Origin: Thraustochytrium aureum
Taxonomy: Eukaryota
DNA: 38,622 nucleotides
Reading direction: 5' to 3'
NCBI GenBank assembly: GCA_012862495.1
Contig: BLSG01000235.1
Span: forward strand, 104,515 to 143,136
The translations under genes were made by a program, and so were the position numbers. Below, one piece after another: positions 32,836 through 38,622 of this stretch (within the stretch, counting starts at the first letter, position 1; every line of letters starts with the position of its first letter). The notes under the pieces were generated by a model, which saw only the letters and a list, made by a program, of their open reading frames with translations, did no database searches and had not been told where the DNA came from.

Positions 32836-34274
32836 CCTCGCCAACCAACCAACCCACGCGAGCGCCCGGCCCCCCGGCCGTCTGGCGCACNNNNNNNNNN
32901 NNNNNNNNNNNNNNNNNNNNNNNNNNNNNNNNNNNNNNNNNNNNNNNNNNNNNNNNNNNNNNNNNNNNNNNNNNNNNNNNNNNNNNNNNNNNNNNNNNNN
33001 NNNNNNNNNNNNNNNNNNNNNNNNNNNNNNNNNNNNNNNNNNNNNNNNNNNNNNNNNNNNNNNNNNNNNNNNNNNNNNNNNNNNNNNNNNNNNNNNNNNN
33101 NNNNNNNNNNNNNNNNNNNNNNNNNNNNNNNNNNNNNNNNNNNNNNNNNNNNNNNNNNNNNNNNNNNNNNNNNNNNNNNNNNNNNNNNNNNNNNNNNNNN
33201 NNNNNNNNNNNNNNNNNNNNNNNNNNNNNNNNNNNNNNNNNNNNNNNNNNNNNNNNNNNNNNNNNNNNNNNNNNNNNNNNNNNNNNNNNNNNNNNNNNNN
33301 NNNNNNNNNNNNNNNNNNNNNNNNNNNNNNNNNNNNNNNNNNNNNNNNNNNNNNNNNNNNNNNNNNNNNNNNNNNNNNNNNNNNNNNNNNNNNNNNNNNN
33401 NNNNNNNNNNNNNNNNNNNNNNNNNNNNNNNNNNNNNNNNNNNNNNNNNNNNNNNNNNNNNNNNNNNNNNNNNNNNNNNNNNNNNNNNNNNNNNNNNNNN
33501 NNNNNNNNNNNNNNNNNNNNNNNNNNNNNNNNNNNNNNNNNNNNNNNNNNNNNNNNNNNNNNNNNNNNNNNNNNNNNNNNNNNNNNNNNNNNNNNNNNNN
33601 NNNNNNNNNNNNNNNNNNNNNNNNNNNNNNNNNNNNNNNNNNNNNNNNNNNNNNNNNNNNNNNNNNNNNNNNNNNNNNNNNNNNNNNNNNNNNNNNNNNN
33701 NNNNNNNNNNNNNNNNNNNNNNNNNNNNNNNNNNNNNNNNNNNNNNNNNNNNNNNNNGCCTGCGCATGCGTGCCGAGAGAAACGAACGTTTCAACGTGGA
33801 CTCGAAACAGCGGTCATTGTCGTCCACCTGGGAGTTGACTCGCGCGAGTCCCGATCCGCGCTCGCCCGCGGCGGGCGATGTGCTGGTCCACGCCGGCGAC
33901 GCGCGGACGATGCAGGTTTGATTGTCGACGTGCGTTTGGCGCCGCCAATGGCTGCCTCGATTGATCGATCGGTCGGTCGGCACACAGTTAAAGCATCGGC
34001 ACTGGCTCAAGCGTACGCTGGCATCTCTCTAGCTAGAGAGCCTCCGGAGCTTCTCCTCGAGTCGATCGATGCGCCCGCGCTCCCGCAGGCAGGCACTCCC
34101 GTTCGGGCGAGTTGCGAGTCTCAGGTCGCCCTCGAAAGACGCTCAGGCGCGAAGAGGACAGTAGTGATCCGATGTGGCAGTGTTCATAGTCGGCTCTGGC
34201 ACGCAGCGTGCGAGAAGCGCGGGCTGCGAGAAGAGAGCGTACGAGCCGCCTGAGCGGTGCTCGCGTTGGAGGCC

Positions 34275-34937
34275 ATGCCGCTGTTTTATGCGCTAGTGTC
34301 GCACGGCACGATTGTGCTGGCGGAGTACAGCGCGTCGACCGGCAACTTCACGCAGGTGGCGCACCAGCTCCTGGAGAAGATACCCATCGAGAGGGACTCG
34401 CGCATGACGTACACGGCGGATAAGTACACGTTCAACTATGTGGTGCGCAACGAGGTGGTCTATCTGTGCCTGGCCGACCTGGACTTTGGACGCAGCGTGC
34501 CGTTCGCGTTCCTCGAAAAGCTGGCCACGCAGTTCGAGCAGCAGTTCGGGAGCAAGGCGAGGCAGACCAACGTCCCGTACACGATGAACGCAGACTTTGC
34601 GCCGGTAATTCGCCGCGAGCTCGACTACTTTAGCTCTGACGAAGGGGCCGCCAAGCTGCGCGGCGTGCAGGCCGACCTGGACAAGGTCAAGGGCGTCATG
34701 CAGGAGAACATCAGCATGGTGCTGGAGCGCGGCGAAAAGCTGGACAACCTCGTGGTGCAGAGCGAAGGCCTCATCGACACGTCTGCCTCGTTCCGTTCGG
34801 GGGCCACCAAACTCAAAGAACAACTTTGGTGGAACAACTTCAAGATCAAGATGCTCATCGGCGCCGTCAGCGCCTTTGTGTTTCTGCTCATCATCGCGAA
34901 CGCGTGCGGGGGCATGACGTTCTCCGACTGCTCGTGA
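34275..34937 (+). CDS. VAMP7: VAMP7/VAMP71-type longin R-SNARE
   Basis: Longin domain (LFYALVSHGTIVLAEY...GNF, YLCLAD, VPFAFLE), synaptobrevin motif VKGVMQENISMVLERGEKLDNL, LWWNNFKIK and a C-terminal TM helix. Confidence 0.95.
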   Translation: MPLFYALVSHGTIVLAEYSASTGNFTQVAHQLLEKIPIERDSRMTYTADKYTFNYVVRNEVVYLCLADLDFGRSVPFAFLEKLATQFEQQFGSKARQTNVPYTMNADFAPVIRRELDYFSSDEGAAKLRGVQADLDKVKGVMQENISMVLERGEKLDNLVVQSEGLIDTSASFRSGATKLKEQLWWNNFKIKMLIGAVSAFVFLLIIANACGGMTFSDCS

Positions 34938-35177
34938 CGCGCTTGCGTTTCGTTGAGCCGTTTCCAGGCGTCCCGTTGTTTTCTTGTTCAGGCTTTCTTT
35001 CACAAAAACGAAAATGTCGAGTTGGAAATGTCGAGCACACGCGCGCGCGTCGAGATGCTCTGGTTTTTTTTTCCTTGTTTTGATTGAATGATCGATCACC
35101 TGCATCCCTCCTTGGTAAGCGCGGCATGGTTGCCCGAGCCTCGTGCCGGGGCGGAAGCGCAGGTTCCTTGATGGCGG

Positions 35178-37451
35178 TCAGCGAAGCCGCACGCGGCGCG
35201 CACGCACCAAGGTTGCGCTCAACTCCGCGCCGTGGCCAGCGCCTGCAGGAGCTGACGCGTTCGCGTCGTGGTATGCCCTGGCCAAGAGGCCATGCGCAGA
35301 ACGCCCCGGCTCGCCGCGCCGGATCATGGCCGCCGCCTGGCAAGCCGCCTCGTCCCCGGCCGAGCCGCGCGCAAGAGCCGCCGCGCCAAACGGCGTGATC
35401 CGCGTGGTCTGCACCACCATCCCGTGCTTGTCCACTTGCTTGAGCTGCCAAAACGCAGCCGTCGGCAGCGGCGCGACCCCGGCTGCGTCATCACGCACCC
35501 AGGGAAGCTGCGCGTCGAGCTGGAGCACAAACGTCGGGCTGTCGCGAAGCAAAGGCGATTGAGACTCGCCAGCTTTCGGCCCACCCGAGCGCCTGGCCCA
35601 GTGTCTAAGGCTGGCCTCAGCGAGAGCTTTGGCCTGGCGCTGCGGGCACCTGAAGGTGAGCGCCGTCCAGGTCGTTTGCAAGGTATTGCGGAGGAATTGG
35701 AAGCGTTCCAGCATGGCTGCCGCGCCGCCTGGGCCGGTTCCCGCGTCCGGCCCAGGGAGCACTTGGTTCACAAACCCCGGTTCCACGCCGACCTGGTGAA
35801 GCCAGTGGTCAAAGTCCCGGCCCAGCTTCCAGGCCCCGAGCTGCAGCAGGTTGCTCGCCACGAGGGCCTGCGCCTTGGGGGAAAACTCGCCTTTGCCAAA
35901 CACACTTACGTAGGCCTGGAATGACTGGCCGCTCGCGGCGTCTGGCGCCGCGCCAGACCGCCGGAGTTTGTGGGTTTGGATTGCTTGCCGGCACACGGCA
36001 CCGAGCAGCGTCGGGTTGGCCTTGTGGATGTACGGCAGAAGCTCGCCGCTCGCCAGAGCGCTCACCAGCGCATTCAAAGCGCCGAGCACCTGCGGGAAGG
36101 ACCGGGCCTTGGTGACCACGCGCTCCCAAAAGTGCTCTGTAAAGTCCAGGTTGCTTCGCACAGCTAGGACGGCGCGCCGCCTCTCCTGGTCCTCGTCACG
36201 GCCGAAAGAATCGTCGTCGTCGCCGCCGCCGCCTCCCGCCACATCGCCCAGCCGCGCGCCACGGCCCTCGGGGCCCGGTCCCGCCCCGCCTGCGAACAGG
36301 GACCCATTTGACGCGCTTTGGAGAAACTCGCTCACGAGCGCGAGCCAGCCCGCTTCACCGCCCGGCTCTCCTGGAAGCGAAACGCAGCCGGCTGCGGGGC
36401 GGAACGAAGCCAGAGTGCTAAGCACCTTGATTGTGGCGTCTGGGCTCGGGAAGCCATCCTGTCCGCCATCTCGCTCGGCGCTCGAACCACTCGCGTCTCT
36501 GTCAAGCTTCCACAAACCAGAAAAAGCAGGATCGCTCGTTTCAGGCCCCGCGGTGGCCTCGTTGCCGCGATTGGTGAGGGGAGCAGTGTTGAACCACCGA
36601 GCAGAGCCCCTCACGACAAGTGCCGCGCGCTCCGGGAGCAACGACGGCGGCCCGAGAATGCGGATCGCCGTGCGCCGCTGGCACTGCCATTCCGCCGCAA
36701 GGGCGACACAGCTCCCTGGCTCGTTCGGCGACCCGAGCAGCTCGTACCACGCCTTGGCGCTCGACGCGGCGGCAATGCTCCCAAACTGCGCAAATTCCCC
36801 TGCAAGCTCGTCTGCAGACATGCCTTGGACATGGGCGCTGGGGCGCGAGCTGAACACGGTGAAAGTCTCTTCGTCTGCGTTAGCCAGGTGACCGACGTAC
36901 TGGCCGTCCTCGGCCGCCACCAGAACAGGCGTGCACAGCGCTTTCGCCAACGCAGGGTCGTTTTGCACTGCGGTCTGGAGATCTTCCACCACGCCGGCGA
37001 GGAGGGCTTTCGCTTGGGCCTCGCTGCCCAAAGGCAGCATTCGCCCAGTGCAGACTCTGCGCTTGGCTGTGAGCGCGTCGAGCATGGTCCCGTCAAACGC
37101 CTTGGCCACTTCTTCGCTCCTCTCGGCCAGGCACTCTGTAGCACCGCCAGCGGCCACAAGCAAGACCTGCTCGGGATCAAGCTCAGCGCCGGCCTCGTCG
37201 AGGACCGCAGCCTTGCACAACTGCATTAAGAGGTCTTCGTCGCCCTCGGCAGCGCGAACGAGCGCAGGGTCAACGCGGAACAGCACCACAAAACTGTCGC
37301 CCTTGCTCCCAGTCCCTAGCACAGCGTCCCTCAGAGGGTGCGTCGTATCAGGCCCGACCTTGACGAAACCCACAACCTGCTCATCATCGTGCCACTCAAC
37401 GAGGCCGATCGCGCCGTCGCGCGCACCGGCCAGCGCGCGCGCGACGTCCAT
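35178..37451 (-). CDS. ZWILCH: Zwilch-like protein (RZZ kinetochore complex subunit)
   Basis: 757-aa intronless ORF. RSNLDFTEHFWERVV...SFPQVLGALNALVSALASGELLPYIHKANPTLLG and LLQLGAWKLGRDF resemble the Zwilch C-terminal blocks (R.dLDF.E.LW, I.P.lH..N...L, L.EiG..KL..DY) as remembered; not searched. Confidence 0.7.
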   Translation of the reverse strand: MDVARALAGARDGAIGLVEWHDDEQVVGFVKVGPDTTHPLRDAVLGTGSKGDSFVVLFRVDPALVRAAEGDEDLLMQLCKAAVLDEAGAELDPEQVLLVAAGGATECLAERSEEVAKAFDGTMLDALTAKRRVCTGRMLPLGSEAQAKALLAGVVEDLQTAVQNDPALAKALCTPVLVAAEDGQYVGHLANADEETFTVFSSRPSAHVQGMSADELAGEFAQFGSIAAASSAKAWYELLGSPNEPGSCVALAAEWQCQRRTAIRILGPPSLLPERAALVVRGSARWFNTAPLTNRGNEATAGPETSDPAFSGLWKLDRDASGSSAERDGGQDGFPSPDATIKVLSTLASFRPAAGCVSLPGEPGGEAGWLALVSEFLQSASNGSLFAGGAGPGPEGRGARLGDVAGGGGGDDDDSFGRDEDQERRRAVLAVRSNLDFTEHFWERVVTKARSFPQVLGALNALVSALASGELLPYIHKANPTLLGAVCRQAIQTHKLRRSGAAPDAASGQSFQAYVSVFGKGEFSPKAQALVASNLLQLGAWKLGRDFDHWLHQVGVEPGFVNQVLPGPDAGTGPGGAAAMLERFQFLRNTLQTTWTALTFRCPQRQAKALAEASLRHWARRSGGPKAGESQSPLLRDSPTFVLQLDAQLPWVRDDAAGVAPLPTAAFWQLKQVDKHGMVVQTTRITPFGAAALARGSAGDEAACQAAAMIRRGEPGRSAHGLLARAYHDANASAPAGAGHGAELSATLVRARRVRLR

Positions 37452-37878
37452 TCCCCTTCGGCCCGACTCGAAAAATCCTCACTCCCGAGTCCTGATGCAA
37501 GAACGAACCCAGCCAACAAAAGCAGGACGGCCGCCTTGGGCGCCTGTCCGAGTGCCGAGCGCAGTCGCCCCCCGCGCCACGAGAGTGCCGGGATCCCGCT
37601 GTTCTTGCGGGTCTGCCCTGCTGCTGTTCCCTTCTCGTTTGCTGCTGCTCCACCTGAACTCGACGCAAAACCGCCGCGGAATTTGAAAGTACCTCTAGAG
37701 TGTCAGTCATAGATGGTTTGGAGCGTGATCGTGGGAACTCGCGCGAGCCTCGCAGCTGCTGTCGGCGCTGCGGCCAGCTCGAGAGCAGGCGGCCCGGCGC
37801 ACCGCTGCGCCGTTGGTAGACGATTTTTTCTTGCAATAGATCAAGGCTGCGGTGGCCGGTTGCTCTTTCTTTGTAACC

Positions 37879-38622
37879 TCAGCCCGGCCCGCGGAAAACG
37901 CGAGCGCGACCCTCGACGCGCTCGTTGCGGCACAAGTAGGCCCACTCGTGCATGTTGAAGGTGGGGTCCACGTGACCCACGACGAGGCGCAGCTTGGCGC
38001 CCAAGTCGGGCAGCGCCCCGTCAGCTGCGGGCACGTCGCCGATGAGGTGCTCGTCACCCCCGTTCCGGAGGACGACGTGGGACCACTTGGGGTCGGCAAA
38101 GCGCGGAAGCCCGGACTCGACCGAGTGGCTTTTGAGCCCCGCATCCATCACGAAGCGGCGACGCCCAACACTGCTGCTTACACTCAGCACGCCGGCCAGG
38201 ACGAACAAAGAGGGCGCAAAGCGCGAGAAGCCCTCCTCATTTGCGCCGTAGTCCACGTCCATGAACGCGTACGAGCCGGGCTGCACCTCTGACAACGCCC
38301 CGAGCTTTGCATCCAGCGCAAAAGTGCCAGTCCCCCCGCCAGTTGCCAGGCCGCCGCCCAGCCCCGCGGCTGCGAGCGCCCGCTTCGTCTCGTCCAACTT
38401 TGCGCCAACGCGCTCGACAATCGCTTGGCGAGACGCGACGGAGCGCTCGTGCTGCGCAGCGCCCTGGTAGCCCTGCACTCCGCAAAAACGGAGCCCGGGC
38501 AGCGCCGCCACGAGCCGGCCGAGGCGCACCACCTCCTCGGCGGTCTCCACGCCGCACCTGTCCTGGCCGACGTTTAGCTCCACGACACATCCAATGACGA
38601 CGCCACGCGGACCCGCGCGCGC
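37879..38622 (-). CDS. PLP fold-type III D-threonine aldolase / DSD1-family protein (5' end outside window)
   Basis: ELNVGQDRCGV, GVQGYQG, TGGGTGTF, EVQPGSYAFMDVDY, DAGLKS, DEHL and GHVDPTFN. Frame is open to the window edge. Confidence 0.9.
   Translation of the reverse strand, partial: ARAGPRGVVIGCVVELNVGQDRCGVETAEEVVRLGRLVAALPGLRFCGVQGYQGAAQHERSVASRQAIVERVGAKLDETKRALAAAGLGGGLATGGGTGTFALDAKLGALSEVQPGSYAFMDVDYGANEEGFSRFAPSLFVLAGVLSVSSSVGRRRFVMDAGLKSHSVESGLPRFADPKWSHVVLRNGGDEHLIGDVPAADGALPDLGAKLRLVVGHVDPTFNMHEWAYLCRNERVEGRARVFRGPG

Overview
GC-rich, gene-dense eukaryotic scaffold broken by 11 N-gaps (1923-2089, 5945-6871, 9092-9344, 12192-12974, 16169-16664, 19091-19491, 22261-22712, 27101-27456, 28803-29239, 31508-32186, 32891-33757). 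Short GT-AG introns with CTGAC/CTAAC branch sites, a flagellar gene (CFAP100) and the gene style suggest a flagellate protist. A thraustochytrid/labyrinthulomycete-type stramenopile is plausible, but this is inference only. About 17 protein-coding genes are visible: ACSBG-type acyl-CoA synthetase, two long coiled-coil proteins, an orphan, a possible flagellar protein, CFAP100, an alpha/beta hydrolase, ascorbate peroxidase ending in SKL, an ankyrin protein, S10 serine carboxypeptidase, a dual-kinase protein, an F-box/LRR protein, homoserine O-acetyltransferase, VAMP7, a Zwilch homolog and a D-threonine aldolase-like enzyme. The most unusual item is a predicted receptor-like protein: PA-like ectodomain, transmembrane helix, TKL (Raf-like) kinase, Tudor-like module and MAP2K (STE7) kinase in one gene. 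Five genes carry 1-nt frameshifts at G/C homopolymers, most likely sequencing errors. No rRNA, tRNA, CRISPR array or recognisable transposon was seen.
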